Of a DNA stretch of 64,000 bases, positions 43,979 through 57,819 are shown in pieces. Below the pieces are notes generated by a model. That model did not search any database and was not told the DNA's origin. It saw only the letters and a program-made list of their open reading frames with translations. Position numbers and translations under genes: made by a program. The stretch lies in the NCBI GenBank assembly GCA_951406725.2, contig OX597821.1:91202001-91266000 (forward strand). Direction: 5' to 3'. Numbering within the stretch: the stretch's first letter is position 1; each line of letters begins with the position of its first letter. The stretch comes from Octopus vulgaris. Its lineage: Eukaryota.

Positions 43979-44490
43979 TTAGAAAATCCCTCTGTTATGG
44001 AATACATTCATAAACACCATCCCAAAGAATACTGGTGGAATATTCCCATCAAAACGTCTGTCAAATGTAAACATAACAGGCCAGGCATTGTTTTTTGGAA
44101 CAGAGGAACAAAGGTATGTACCATCATAGAGGTCAGCTACCCTGCAGATATACATATCTCTTTGAAAATCAAAGAAAAAGAGGATATCTTTGGACAACTG
44201 CTTCGAAACCTCCAGCTTCTATATCCAGACAATGAATTCATATTCATACTAATTGGAGTACTAGGTTTTGTTAGTAAATGCTTAAATGAGAATCTGGATT
44301 ACCTGGGACTTACAGAAAGAGAAATTGACTGGCTGATTCTTACATTACAATTCCAATCTTTGAGGGGAACTGTAAAAATAGGCAAAACTTTTCTCAAGTT
44401 TCAAATGTGAATTTGTCTGTGTTAACTACATCCCAAATATGGAGCCCTGTATCTTTGTTAGAAACTGGCTCCCTCTTCACTGGAAAATTT
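43979..44490 (+). pseudogene. R4/Dong-like RLE domain and 3' end after (CATA)n
   Basis: EYWWNIPIKT..KHNRP(G/D)IV.W...IIEVS.PAD...IGVLG...GTVKIGKTFLKF. Confidence 0.8.
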
Positions 44491-44529
44491 ATAATAATTA
44501 AAAAATAGAAGACACATATATACATTCAT

Positions 44530-44665
44530 GTATGGTGGTTGCCTATTCCTTACGCAGAGTCTGACCCCCTCCTGCACCTACACCTTACATCCACCATGGC
44601 GTCTGGATGTGGCTTTTTAAACCAGAAAATGTATTGAAAAGACACCCACATAGTTTGCATACATG
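44530..44665 (-). mobile_element. RTE-like LINE 3' end
   Basis: HVCKLCGCLFNTFSGLKSH; homologous to 6255-6392. Confidence 0.6.
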
Positions 44666-44875
44666 TGCTAATAGATACATATATACATACATACATAGAG
44701 ACATGTATAAGGATATACATACATACATGCATAAATCCATATATGCACGCATGCATACATACATACATACATACATACATACATACATACATACATACAT
44801 ACATGCACGCATGCATGCATACATACATACATACATACATACATACATACATACATACATGCACGCATGCATGCA

Positions 44876-44906
<31 letters not shown>

Positions 44907-45262
44907 CATACATGCACAAATGATCCCAACGCACAGCCTCTGCTTCTACCCTGTCAATGTCAATCTTAAGTATGATGGTGGACAGTAAGATTTCATCAGA
45001 CTAATTTAATTGGACATTTTTATTCAGTGAAATAGTTTTGTTTGAGCACGCAGTGCAGTTTTATTTGTTAGATTATATGTTATTTTTTTTAGGTTTCTAC
45101 ATTATCTCCTTCTTCTTCTTCCTTTCATATCATTGTTGTTGTCCTGTTCATGTGATTATTATGGATGCTGTTAATATGAATATTGCTTTACTTATTTTGT
45201 TATAACTATCGTTATTATTATTACTATTATTATTACCATTATTACCATTATTATTATCATTA

Positions 45263-45320
<58 letters not shown>

Positions 45321-45750
45321 CGTTGCTGTTGCTGTTTTTGTTGCTGCAGTTCATGTTGTTGTTGTTGTTATTTAACAAAGGACTTGGTTACATTTTGCCA
45401 AAGTTGATGTATCGAGATAACTCCTGACAAAGCAGACATTTATATTGAAATATGTGTCTGTGTGCAGATATGAGTATATGTGTTTTTGTGTGTATATATG
45501 CATGTGCATATATATATATTTATATGTATTCACATATGATATGATATATTATATCTGTATGTATGGAGACACATTTACACACAACTGCTTACACACACAC
45601 ACACGCACACACATATGTATTCACATGTAAATGTATTACTATGTATGTATACATACATACATACATTCATTCATACATACATACATGCATGTGTATATGT
45701 GTGCATGTAAATAGATATGTCCAAATATATATGTATATCTATCTATCTAG

Positions 45751-45876
<126 letters not shown>

Positions 45877-46539
45877 CATATGTATATATATGTATGTATG
45901 TATGTACATGATGTATAGATATATGTTTCTATATATGCAGTTTGTATGTATGTAAGAATACACATAGATACATGCCTATAGAAATATCCCCAAACATATA
46001 TCTAAGCGGACATTTGGGAGCCAGCTGGAATATTAAATCCATTGGTCAAAGTTTAGCAGTACTGGTGTTCATAGCGTGGGTTGTTACAAATGTTGTGCTG
46101 TGTCTGGGTGATGACTGTATAGATTGTTGCTTAGCTGTGGTTGTTGGTGTTGGCAGAATTTTATATGAGAGTTTAAAACAAGAAGTTAAACAATGGTATT
46201 GGTGGTAGTGATTGTAGTGGGTGATGGTAGAGTTACTGTTGATGGTTTCAGTTATATTTTATTTTGAATTTTGAATTGATGACTGGGGTTGATATTGATG
46301 TAGTATCGGTGATCTTAGTTAAGTGAGTGTGGGGTTAATAGTTGTAGGGGTAGTAGTGTGGACATTGTGGTGGCTGGTTTAAATGGTATGAAAATAAAAT
46401 GAGTTGCAGTAAGAGAAGGCAGGTTTTGGGGAGTGACTTAACTTCTGTTGGAACTGGAACCTCGAACTAAGCTGCTTGACTTCATATGATGTATTGAGTT
46501 TCAAATAGTGTGTCTAGACCCTTGTCAAGAGTGATTGGA

Positions 46540-47127
46540 ATAATAGACAAAGGAAAGAAGAAATAATTAACTCGTTGAGAAAAAAAATGGGAAAAATAAA
46601 AGTGCAAGAGAGAATGGATATGCAAGAGAGATATAGAAAGAAAGAGAGATAGAGAAAGAGAGGGAGAGAGATATGATGGAGAGAGGAGCAGATATATAAA
46701 TGGAAACAGGAAAAAGAAAGAAAAGGAAAGATGAAGGAAAGGAGGAGAAAGACAGGTGGACAGGTCTACAAGGAAAGAGATAGAAAGGGAGCTGGAGAGA
46801 GAGGAACAGATATACAAAGAGAGAGATATAGAAAGAGTGATGAAGAGAAGGGAAGGTGAGAGGAGAGCGAGATAGGGAGAAGGAGAGAAGGTGAGTAAGA
46901 GAGGGGTGTGAAAGAAGGAGATGGAATAAAAGATACATAAAGAGAATCAGAGAGAAAGAAGGAGGGAAAGAAAGAAAGAATGAATGAATGAAAGAAAAAG
47001 AGAAAGGGTGAAAGAGAGAATGAAAGTAAGAAAAAGAGAAAGAAAGAGTGATAGAACATCAGATATGCAAATGGAGAAACAGAAAGAGAGGGAAGGGGTT
47101 GGAGAAAAAGAGATAAAAGGAGAAAAC

Positions 47128-47159
<32 letters not shown>

Positions 47160-47330
47160 CAGGCAAAAAAGAAGGATTGAGAGTTTTGAAGAAAATAGCT
47201 AAAAGAAAGAGAGAGAGATGGAGAGAATGGTGAAAAAGAAAGAAAATGTATGGGAAACGAGAAAAAAAAGCAACAAAGAAAGGAAAAAAAAATAGATAAA
47301 ATTTTAAAATAACGAACATAATTAAAAATA
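46540..47330. repeat. Polypurine (GA-rich) low-complexity tract
   Basis: Direct reading. Confidence 0.9.
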
Positions 47331-47900
47331 AAGCAATTCTGAAAGAAAATACTAAAGATGATAGTTATTTAGATTTTGATTGTTTTTTTTTTTTTGCTTT
47401 TGCCTTTTATTTTGCATTGGGTGTGTGGGTGTGGTGGGGACAGTGTGGGTGGCGGGAGAGAAATATAAGGAATTGACTAAGTGGTACACGGAAAGAAGAT
47501 ACCTAGTTGTGTTTAGTTCCTGACTGAGGGAGAAGATTAAAATGGATTTGGATCCGAATCGGCGTCTGATCCAATCAAAAGAAATCTTACTCCTGTGTAC
47601 AGATTTTCAATTTCTGTTTAGTCTTCATCTTATTTCATCCATCTTCATGATAACTTTCTTTGGGAATTGTCTTTTATTGCTTTTTACATGTTTATATATA
47701 TATAAATATATATATATATAAATATATATATATACATATAGATATATATATATAAACATACACATACAGATATATAAATACATATATATATAGATATATA
47801 TATATATATGCATATATATATATGTACATACTTATACATATATATGTGTGCATGTGTGTGTGAGCATGTATATATATATAAGGATATGAATATATATATG

Positions 47901-47948
<48 letters not shown>

Positions 47949-48989
47949 CAGCATGTGCGTGTGTGTGTGTATGCTTTGCATATCTTTTTGTTTATTTTGT
48001 CAAGAATGGATCAAGAAAGGAGGAGAAGAATGAGGGTATGATTTAAGAAGGGAAATGGAATGAGACAGAGAGAAAGAAAAGATGGTGTTAGAGGAACAAT
48101 AGAAAGACAACAGGAAGTGAGACAGAAAGAGAGCAGGAGGTCATAGGACAGTAACAGAGAGAAGGGAGAGAAGAAGAAAAAGGAGTGGAGAAAAGAGAAG
48201 GGAACAAAAAAGACAGAGAAGAAGAGAGAAATAGAAAGGGCAAGAACTGGTATGAAAGTGTTTACATTGATTAGAATTCTACAGAAAATCCAAGGCATAA
48301 GACAAAAACAATACCAGGAAAAAAAGAAGAAAACAAAATAAATTAAAAATTGGGTGCAAAACCACAGAGAATTACAGAATATTGGTTGTGACAAAGGTAA
48401 TTCTAAACCTACAAATACAATTGGCATTACTTCTCTACCAATACCACGAACATCATCTGCAAGAACAACAATAATGGAATTACTTCGATAGGTTCTGTTA
48501 CTGAGATATTTGGTTTTCTCGTTAATTTCTTTACCAGCCCAGTTTGAGTTGGAAGTCTTGATTAGACAATAAAAGAATTGGTGCTATTATATATTTACAG
48601 TATTATATGTTTGTTACAGACAGAACAATGAGGCTTAAATAGTGAGTAGAGAGGAAGACGAAGAGAAACTGTGAACCCTTGTCCCACAAACAATAGATTT
48701 CTTGGTTCCTTTGTATTAGATAATGTAAACTCACAGCTGGTTGTTTTGTTGTTGTTGATAATCTTGTGTACCCTTGCTCAGATTTTATTCAAAAGACATT
48801 TAAAGCAATGTAGCTTGTCAGTCAATAATTAGGTATGATCCACAAATCTATTGTTCTAGACCAGCAATTTAAAACCTTTTTTGTAAGCATAGACCACTGA
48901 ATTACATGCTGAAGATGTTGCGGCATACCCTCTGCATTTTATAAAAGTTTTATTACAGGAAAAAAAAAGAAGAAATATATTCATCCTAC

Positions 48990-49215
48990 TTAACCCTTTA
49001 GTGTTTGCATTATTCTGCCAAAATTAATCCTTTTTTATCCACATTGCCTTGAACTAATCAGGCATTATCTTGGTGCTATGAGATTTTCATGAGGTAGCTG
49101 TTAATTTTTAAAACGATATTGTGGGGCTGGTGTGAGAGACCAGATCTGGCCAGTTTAAACATAAAACAGGCAGAATACTTTTGGCCGGATATGGCCGGTT
49201 TAAATGCTGGGATAA
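48990..49215. mobile_element. TTAACCCTT-ended MITE (piggyBac-type)
   Basis: TTAACCCTTTAG start; GGCCGGTTTAAATGCT end matches the reverse complement of fragment 52020-52090. Confidence 0.6.
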
Positions 49216-49753
49216 ACACATTACACTTTGCAGCAAAGAAAGACACACGAACAAGTGTGGTACATCTCAAAAAAAGATGACAGTTCAGTTGCCTGAATAT
49301 CCTGAATTTCAGACACATCAAAACTTTGTGACACACAAGTTTTCCATGGCAAAGTGGCTGACAATATCTGTTCTAGATATACCATGCTTCTGCCTAAATG
49401 AAGACCATACTGTACAACCTGACATGCAGTGGGGAAATAATTGCAAGGGCTGGTGTGTTACCATCAAAGAAATGTTGCTGTCATCTCTTCCATCAACAAA
49501 GCAGCGCTTAACATTACTTGATCACTATAAGTGATTTTTACCTTTTTACCTCTCTACCTCATATGCCATCATTTAAAATGTAGGTTTTTGGGGCAGCCAG
49601 TAAACCATCCTAACCAACCACAGTACAATGAATGAGGGTCACAGCTAGATGAGAGATATGATATCTGGTTCACAGCTGAAAGTCTTACAACACTTAACTG
49701 TCACCATCTTGGTTTACTTATCTACAAAAAATACTAAAGACAGATAATATCTA

Positions 49754-51026
49754 TTGGGTCCTCCCATAACAATGTGGTTTTTGCAATTGCGTGAACTAAA
49801 AATTGAAGAGGATGGGATAAACTACCTGCATCAACTTGCTATAAAAGAAGGTAGTAATTTTACCCTATACTTATTCTTAGTGCAAGTTTTGAAGAGTGCG
49901 TTTGATTTTAATAGTTACTTTTCAAAGCTATTATGGAAGTGACAAAGGAGCATATTCAGCATATTTTACTTTATATATTCAATAAAGGCAACAATGCAAC
50001 AGAAAGTGTGAGGAATATTAATGCAGAATATGGGGATCAGACAATAAGCATAAGTCAGTGTCAACCACACTTCAAGAAATTTCAGTCCGGAAACTACAAC
50101 ATAGAAGACAAGCTTCATCCTGGAAGATCTGTAGAGCTCAACAAGGATGTCCTGGTGGAACAAAATCCCATAACTGCTGAGGAACTAGCAGAGAAGCTTA
50201 GATCTGGTCATTCAACCATTAATCAACTCCTGTGTGCCATCAGAAAAGTTAGCAAATTGGGTCAATATGTTCCTCACAAACTTTCTGAGTCTAATCGCAT
50301 GTAGAGATTGAAAGTGTGCTCTTCTTTGTTGTCACATCTCACGAATGAATCATTTTGGGACCGAATAGTGACTGGTGGCAAGAAATGAGTTCCCTTTAAA
50401 AATATCAAGCACCAAAGACAGTAGGTAGGGGAAAGGAGAAACACCAGCACCCTAAGCTAAAGATGGTCTTCACACACATAAGGTGTTATTAACTGTTTGG
50501 TAGGATATGAAAGGTTTAGTCCACTTTGAACTTTTAAACCCAGACCAAACAATAACAAAAGAGACCTACTGTGAGTAGCTTGAGTGGCTTAAGTCAGCAC
50601 TAGAAGAAAAACGATCATCTTTGGTTTCAAGACAAAAGGTGTTCTTCCATCAGGAGAACACTTGGTCACATACAGCGAAGGTGACATTCCAAAGGCTGGA
50701 GCAATTTGAATGGAAACGATGCTCCACACACCTTATTCACCTGATATTGTCTCATCTGGTTATCATATATTCTACAGTCTTCAAAAATCATTTGGATGGA
50801 AAAAATATGAATTCTGTAGACGAGGACAGAACAGTACTGGAGGAGTATTTTTCATCACAGACAAGTGAATTTTGGATGAGGGGCCTTGCAAGTCTATCAG
50901 ATAGATGGAAGAACATTGTAGAAAATGAAGGAGAATGTATTTTAGATTAATAAAGAAATTTGTCTTTCTTAATTTTGAAAAATAAAAGAAGTATAAGAAA
51001 ATTGCATTATCTATGAGACAACCCAG
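49754..51026 (+). mobile_element. Full-length dead mariner transposon (~1.27 kb), TA-flanked; transposase pseudogene 49933-50950
   Basis: TA|TTGGGTCCTCCCATAA ... TATGAGACAACCCAG|TA; MEVTKEHI.HILLY.FNKG, PGRS, (W/Y)VPH.LS, IVTG, HQEN..SH, PYSPDI..S.YH, W..IVENEG; stops and frameshifts. Confidence 0.93.
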
Positions 51027-51580
51027 TACTTTTGGAAGTGTAACAAGCTCTCAATAAGTAATTTATCATAATGCAAAATAAGAGACATTTGAGGAGACTG
51101 AATTTGCCCAAGTATATGACTGGTTTAATTAAGTTCCAGTGAAAGTAAAGGAAGGGGTGACTGCATTATGAATTTATGTAGTTGAACAAAATAAAACTTT
51201 ATGAACTTTAGTCTGAAATTCAGCATTAAGAATTCACTAGAGTTTTGACAGCTTGCAGTGATCAATTCAATTCTTTGCATAACTTGTATAACGGTACAAA
51301 TTACTCAACATCGTAATTCTAAGTTTTATGACCAATTCTAGTAGTATTCTGACAATGATTCCTGAACTGTTTATCTTGCACAACAAAGGGAACCATAGGC
51401 AGATTAGGAATTATTCAGAATGCCTTACCCAAAGTTTTATAGGTTAACTATTACCAAGGAAGCATCATATTAGCAATGGTGAGATTAACTCCAAGAATGC
51501 TAAGCCTCTTGAAGATGATTTAGAAACGAGATAAGTGGAAACTTACTATAATATATATCCATCTTTCTTTGATGTATATA

Positions 51581-51758
51581 CTGTATTTTAACATGTATGA
51601 GGAACCGTTTTTTGTCAAAAATTAGGTTAAAAGAATATGAGTTTCTTATATATATCGATAGTAATATAATCCCTTACAAAACCTTTTTTCTAAATTTTAA
51701 GCCCCCAAAATTAGGGGTTCCTTATATATGAGGGTTCCTTATACATGTTAAAATACAG
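51581..51758. mobile_element. TA-flanked MITE (Tc1/mariner-pogo type), ~27 bp TIRs
   Basis: CTGTATTTTAACATGTATGAGGAACC / GGTTCCTTATACATGTTAAAATACAG; second copy 62879-63037. Confidence 0.88.
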
Positions 51759-52139
51759 TAATGTCATTGGATAGATTTACAAAAATGATTAAGAACTTTG
51801 GCAAAATCGATTACAATTAAATATTTTGATAGCTATTGCTTCTACACTTGAATACCTTTTCCTTCATAAACTTGTCTATGATGTAGGAGCAAAACCAGTC
51901 TGGCAATCAAGCAGCAGAGTTGAGACATGACTTTCAACACAACACAATGGCTATGGTCGTAATAATTTCGTTCTTAACTAATGACAGTGTGAATAGTAGT
52001 GGTAGAAATGGTTGTATCAGTAACCCTTTAACATTTAAACCAGCCATACCTGGCCAACGTATTCTACCTGTTTCATATTCAAACTAGCGACATCCTACCT
52101 GTCACACTTCCTTTGATTAATTACAAACAATGTAAATAA

Positions 52140-52320
52140 GGTGTAGGAGTGGCTGTGTGGTAAGTAGCTTGCTTACAAACCTCATGGCTCTGGGTTCAGT
52201 CCCACTGCGTGGCACCTTGGGCAAGTGTCTTCTACTATAGCCTTGGGCCGACCAAAGCCTTTGGAGTTGATTTGGTAGACGGAAACTGAAAGAAGCCCAT
52301 CGGATATATGTGTATATATA

Positions 52321-52388
<68 letters not shown>

Positions 52389-52582
52389 TGTGTGTCTGTG
52401 TTTGTCCCCCCTCAACATCACATGACAATCGATGCTGGTGTGTTTACATCACCGTAACTTAGTGTTTTGGCAAAAGAGACCGATTCAATAAGTACTAGGC
52501 TTACAAAGAATAAGTCCTGGGGTCGATTTGCTCAACTAAAGGTGGTGCTCCAGCAAGTAATAGAGTAAAAGAGTAAAGAGTA
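52140..52582 (+). mobile_element. SINE family A
   Basis: Standard head and body. Confidence 0.9.
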
Positions 52583-52829
52583 AATATGTATCTCAAATAA
52601 CAGAGTGTTCTGAATGCAAAAACGTTAGGAAATTCACCTCTGCATTCAGTTCTACTGAATGACATCTTGTACATACGTCTTTTACCATAACCATGGCTCA
52701 TCAAAAAAATTAGTGAGTGAAATTTGGTAATACAATTCTATATTTAAGTGATGAGGAATTATGTGCATTATTTACATTATTTATATTATTTACATTTGAC
52801 GGATATTTGTCCTTATCTTGTTTGATGTT

Positions 52830-52875
52830 AGTACAACGTTTCGGCTGATATACCCTTCAGCCTTCATCAGGTGTC
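52830..52875 (-). ncRNA. Hammerhead ribozyme (inverted copy, stem I damaged)
   Basis: GACAC-CTGATGA-A-GGCTG..CAGCC-GAAA-CG-TT-GTACT. Confidence 0.7.
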
Positions 52876-52962
52876 TTGGGGAAATTCTGAACCTGGGTTC
52901 TTATTCCTAAGGTATTTTTCGATGTTATTATTATTATTATTATCATTATTATTATTATTATA

Positions 52963-53045
<83 letters not shown>

Positions 53046-53079
53046 CTTTATCATCATTATTATTATTATCATTATAATT

Positions 53080-53150
53080 GGGCATATGGCGTAGTGGTTA
53101 AGAGCGCGAGCTACTAACTCCAAGATTCCAAGTTCGATTTTAGGCAGTGA

Positions 53151-53152
<2 letters not shown>
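53080..53152 (+). promoter_or_regulatory. tRNA-derived head / Pol III type-2 internal promoter
   Basis: Box A TGGCGTAGTGG, D-loop GGTTAAGAGC, arm GAG-CTACTAA-CTC, box B GTTCGATT; acceptor stem poorly paired so not a tRNA gene. Confidence 0.75.
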
Positions 53153-53200
<48 letters not shown>

Positions 53201-53274
53201 TTAATATTATTAATAATAATAACAACATTGAAAAATATCTTAGAAATGAGAACCCAGCTTCGAAATTTCCCCAA

Positions 53275-53320
53275 GACACCTGATGAAGGCTGGAGGGTAT
53301 ATCAGCCGAAACGTTGTGTT
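53275..53320 (+). ncRNA. Minimal type-I hammerhead ribozyme
   Basis: GACAC-CTGATGA-A-GGCTG-GAGGGTATAT-CAGCC-GAAA-CG-TT-GTGTT. Confidence 0.88.
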
Positions 53321-55584
53321 AACAACAAACAAGATGAGGACAAATATCCGTCAAATGTAAATGATGTAAATAGTGTAAATAAGGAAATTTGGTAGATGGA
53401 AACTGTAGAAGGATATCAGAAGAACTGTTACTAGTTTCACCAAGGTGACTTAAACTGTTGTTTTGTTTACACCACCACCTGGTCCTTTCAGTAACTTTAG
53501 AAAAATTTGTTTTGTTACTAGCATTCTAGTCAGGACCCAGAGCTGAGGATAACTTTCTCCCTTCCTATCATCAGTTTCTGGGGCTCTAAAAAGAGTAAAA
53601 AAAGGTCATAAGCACTGCATTCCTTTTCATGACTAAATAATTGAATACAAAACGAAACACAACAACTTAACATGCCAGCTGTTGTATTTTTATGTAAATA
53701 AAGCTTTTGTTTCATTATTTATATTTTCCTAGGTTATTTGGAACTACTAAGGTCAAAGTGTATACAAGGCATCTGTAATGCTTGACAGAATTTTACCTTA
53801 TCTAATTGGCTGTAAAATATTTTACCATATCTAGTTAGGTGCAAATAATGTTTTTCTCTAGCCAGAGGCTTGTATCTACTTCCAATGTCCAGTGTAACAG
53901 ACTTTTGGTTTCTTGAGAAAATGCAGATGGTGATGATGAGGATGCTGGTGATGAGGACAATGGTGGTGGTTGTGATGCCGGTGGGGCTGGTTTTGTGGAG
54001 GTGGTGATTGTGGCTTGGTGGTGGTAGCAGTGGTTTAGGTATGATAATGGTGTTGGTTTGTTGTTGTTATTAGTGTTAACGGTGGTGGTAGTGTTAATGA
54101 TGGTGCTACTGGTGATGTTGCTGGTGGTGTTGGTGGTTTGGTGGAGGCGGTGGCAGCAACAGTAGTGATGGAAGTTGTAGCAGTAGTGACAGTGGTGGTG
54201 CTGTGCGGGTAATGGTGGAATTGTTGGTAGTGACAATATTGTTGTTGATGGTGGTGCTAGTGGTGGTGGTGGTGGTGGTGGTGGCCGTGTTGGTGGTGCT
54301 GGTGCTGGTGGGGATGATGATGGTGGTGGTAGAGATGGTGTTGGTGGTAGGGATGATGATGTTGACGACGATGACAATGATGGTGATGGTGATGGTGATG
54401 ATGATGATGATGATGATGATGATCCTGGTGGTGTTGGTAGTGATGGTGGTGGTGGTGGTGGTGGTAGTGGGATGATAATGATGATGGTGGTGACAACCGC
54501 AGCACATGGTTATTGTTTTGCTATTTAATTTGCACAATGCGTTAGTGTGCAGAAATCGACCGGATCTAAGTACGGGCAATTAATTCAACCAATTTTAAGG
54601 TATTGCAAATAGGGGTTCGTGGTGTTCATCATATGGTCCCTGTCACTTTACACATTGCATTCTGGCTGAAAAGAATGTACAAACTAGCCACAAGCAAAGA
54701 ATTAAACCAAAATTGACATATGTCATGTGTCTCTACTGGACAATTACTGAAGGAAGGAAAAACGAATTATGGTAAGAAGAGAAGAAAATAGGGAAACGAA
54801 AGGGAAAAAAGTGCTTCTTCTAATTTTCTTTTTGATATCCAAAAAGGATTGAGACTGCTTAATAGTTGTTGACAGAGTTTGTCTATTAGTTTTGGAACCC
54901 TAATTTGATATACATTTTTTTCATTCCAGAACCATTGCTCACCAATCTACCATGCAGACTGATATCATTTTTGGGGGAAATATGTGAAAATGACTTGTAA
55001 AATACAAGTGTGACAAAAAGCTTCTCGTTTCTGTATTTCAGCATCAGAGAAACTTATAAAATAAACACCGTCTTCTTCTTTACTAAATACTACTATCACC
55101 ACCACCACCACCACCAACAACAACAACGCAACACTACTACTGCTATTACTATTACTACTACTTAATCCTTAAATATAATGTAATTACCATAAATATTCTA
55201 CTTTGCTATGTTTCATATTATATTATTTTCTGTTGAAAACTTCAAGACATTCTGTAGCTTGTAGAAATAAACTAAGGAACAATTCCTTTATTTTTTATTA
55301 CCAACCTTATTATTATTTTAGAAAATTACTATTTGTAAATCTCATAGCGAGAGATATTCAGCAACAGTAATTTGGAGTAAAGATTGTTTGCCAACATAAC
55401 ATAACATGGCAGTCCTGGTTTAGAACGAATATTGCAGTAATTTAGCCCCAGGAGACAACGTCTCCAGCTGGCTATACGACACGATCTGTGTCCTTATATT
55501 TTTGAACAAGGGAATCTAGCACCCTAACTCTGCTCAAAGTTATATCTGTGTATTGCGATTTCTGGGTTATTATTATTATTGTTG

Positions 55585-55649
<65 letters not shown>

Positions 55650-55718
55650 GCCAAAATACAATGCAAACATGCTCATTTCTCTCTTTCCTTCTCTCTCTAT
55701 CATCATCATCATCATCAT

Positions 55719-55758
<40 letters not shown>

Positions 55759-55778
55759 GTGTGTGTGTATGTATGTAT

Positions 55779-55998
55779 ACACAAGGGGCTGCTGAAATAC
55801 TCTTCATTTTGGGTAAAAGAAAATACAGGAGGATCAGTTAATTATGATTTTATTCAACATATTCCCCTCTCACATTTACACACTTATTGCAGTAGTCCTT
55901 CAGTTTTTCTAAGCCCTGCAAAAGAAATTGAAATGGTGGGTCTCTAATTAGGCCTTTGTAATAATATTAAAGTGAGGAACTCTTCAGCACCCCTCCAT
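55779..55998. mobile_element. Mariner-type MITE/deletion derivative
   Basis: AGGGGCTGCTGAAA ... TTCAGCACCCCT imperfect TIRs. Confidence 0.6.
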
Positions 55999-56027
55999 AT
56001 GTGTGTGTGTGTGTATACATATATCCT

Positions 56028-56194
56028 CATCATCATCATTTAGCGTCCGTTTCCCATGCTAGCATGGGTTGGACGGTTCAACTGGGGTCTGTGAAGCCAG
56101 AAGGCTGCATCAGGCCCAGTCTGATCTGGCAGTGTTTCTACGGCTGGATGCCCTTCCTAACGCCAACCACTCCGCGAGTGTAGTGGGTGCTTTT
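56028..56194 (-). mobile_element. SINE/LINE-tail repeat with (GAT)n end, family E
   Basis: Almost identical reverse complement of 57881-58047. Confidence 0.85.
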
Positions 56195-57217
56195 TATTAT
56201 ATATATATATATTAATAATTTGTGTGTTTGTGTGTGTGTGTGATACAAGAAGCAGAGAAAGGGGTGAAGTGATAGAAAACAAAGAGGAATTGAATCAGTT
56301 TAAAAATACTGATAAGGCTAAAGGGAAAAAGAAAATAGGAGGCAATAATATGAAAGACCCACAGGACCAAAGACCAACAAAAGACATAGATATATTCATT
56401 TGCAATAAGACTGCAAAACCAAAATATTGAAATATTACATAGATACGCATAAAGTTCAGCGTGACTAAGAAAAGAAGAGAATATGAAAGGAAAAAGGAAA
56501 AAGACAAAAAGAAACAAGAAACTCAGTTAGAAAGAGGATTGTTACTGAAGCTTATAAAATTCAACCAGTGATTTTCAACAGATGTAGAGAAATTGTATTA
56601 GTGACCATATCACAGAATTATGAACAAAAATTATATTTTATTATAGGTTGCACTGATACGAAAAATATGTAAAATGAATATGACAGGTTTTGTGTTTCAA
56701 AATGACAAGATTTATTTTTGCTATCTATGTAACTGTTCTATAAAAATGTTTTCATGTGGAAAAGGGTTTCTCTGTGTATGTATGTATGTATGTATGTATG
56801 TATGTATGTATGTATGTATGTATGTATGTATGTATGCATGTATGTATGTATGCATGTATGTATATATGTATGTATGTATATGTTTATGTATGTATGTGTG
56901 TGTTTGTGTATGTGTGTGCATGTATGTATATATATATATGTGTGCATGTATATGTTGGAGTGCATGTTTGTGTATGTATGTACATATGTATCCACTCCTC
57001 ACCTACTTATAGTACCACATTGGTTCTTTCAAATATGCAACTAGAAACATGGGATTTTAGAGAATATACATACATGAATATTCATTTGTGCACCTGTGTA
57101 TGTGTACATGCATGTTTGATTTTAATTTGTCCTGTTTTTAATCTCAAGTCTGTGTTTGATGTAGTTATCATGTATACACCATTATGTTACAGCTCCAAAA
57201 CTGAATCTTTTCTTCTC

Positions 57218-57251
<34 letters not shown>

Positions 57252-57309
57252 GAGTGAGAGAGCAGTGCATGCCATCAAAGTGACACTGGGGTAAAATATA
57301 CAAAGCATA

Positions 57310-57780
57310 TTAACCCAGTGCTATCAAGCCAATGTGATGAAAAAGGCTATAGACCTAAAGTGCTGATACTACAATGATGGGATAGAAACTGTGGACCACC
57401 TAATCTCTGTAGAGTACAAATTAAAATATGACAAAGTTGTCCAATATCTACATTGGATGATATGTGTCAGTATTATAAAATCAAAAGTGCTGACAAATGG
57501 TACAAACACCACCCTGAGGCTGTAACTGAGGGAGAAAATGTAACTATTCTTTTGAGACTTCCTAGTATGTACAGACTGGACCATCAAAGCAAATAAACCA
57601 GATATCGTTGTGAAAGACAAAAACAATGAAGACTGTTTATTGATTGACATGTGCATACCCTGTGACCATAATATCTCGGCAAAAGAATTTGATAAGCTCA
57701 GAAAATATAAAAGTTTGTTAATCGAAATTGAAATGATGTGACATCTCAGGATGGTTATAATAGTAGGAGCATAGGTGCCC
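57310..57780 (+). pseudogene. R4/Dong-like RLE fragment, preceded by a (TAA)n-retroposon end
   Basis: ETVDHLIS..YLHWMIC..KWYKHHPEAVTEGENVTIL..IKANKPDIVVKD...LLIDM.IP.D. Confidence 0.8.
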
Positions 57781-57819
57781 TAGGAAGATAGCAAATGGGG
57801 TTGATACCAGCAAATCTGA

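Larger units (their letters stand above)
52745..53380 (+). mobile_element. tRNA-headed, hammerhead-bearing element with upstream inverted copy of its 3' part
   Basis: tRNA-like 53080-53152, (AAT)n, body 53220-53380; 52769-52930 is its reverse complement. Confidence 0.85.

Noticed and set aside
53080-53152. Possible tRNA gene (ACT anticodon)
   Set aside because: Acceptor and T stems poorly paired, no T-run terminator; treated as a SINE head
53835-54579. Pro/Thr/His-rich ORFs resembling mucin or extensin
   Set aside because: Degenerate (GGT/GAT)n trinucleotide tract open in several frames; no splice or domain support
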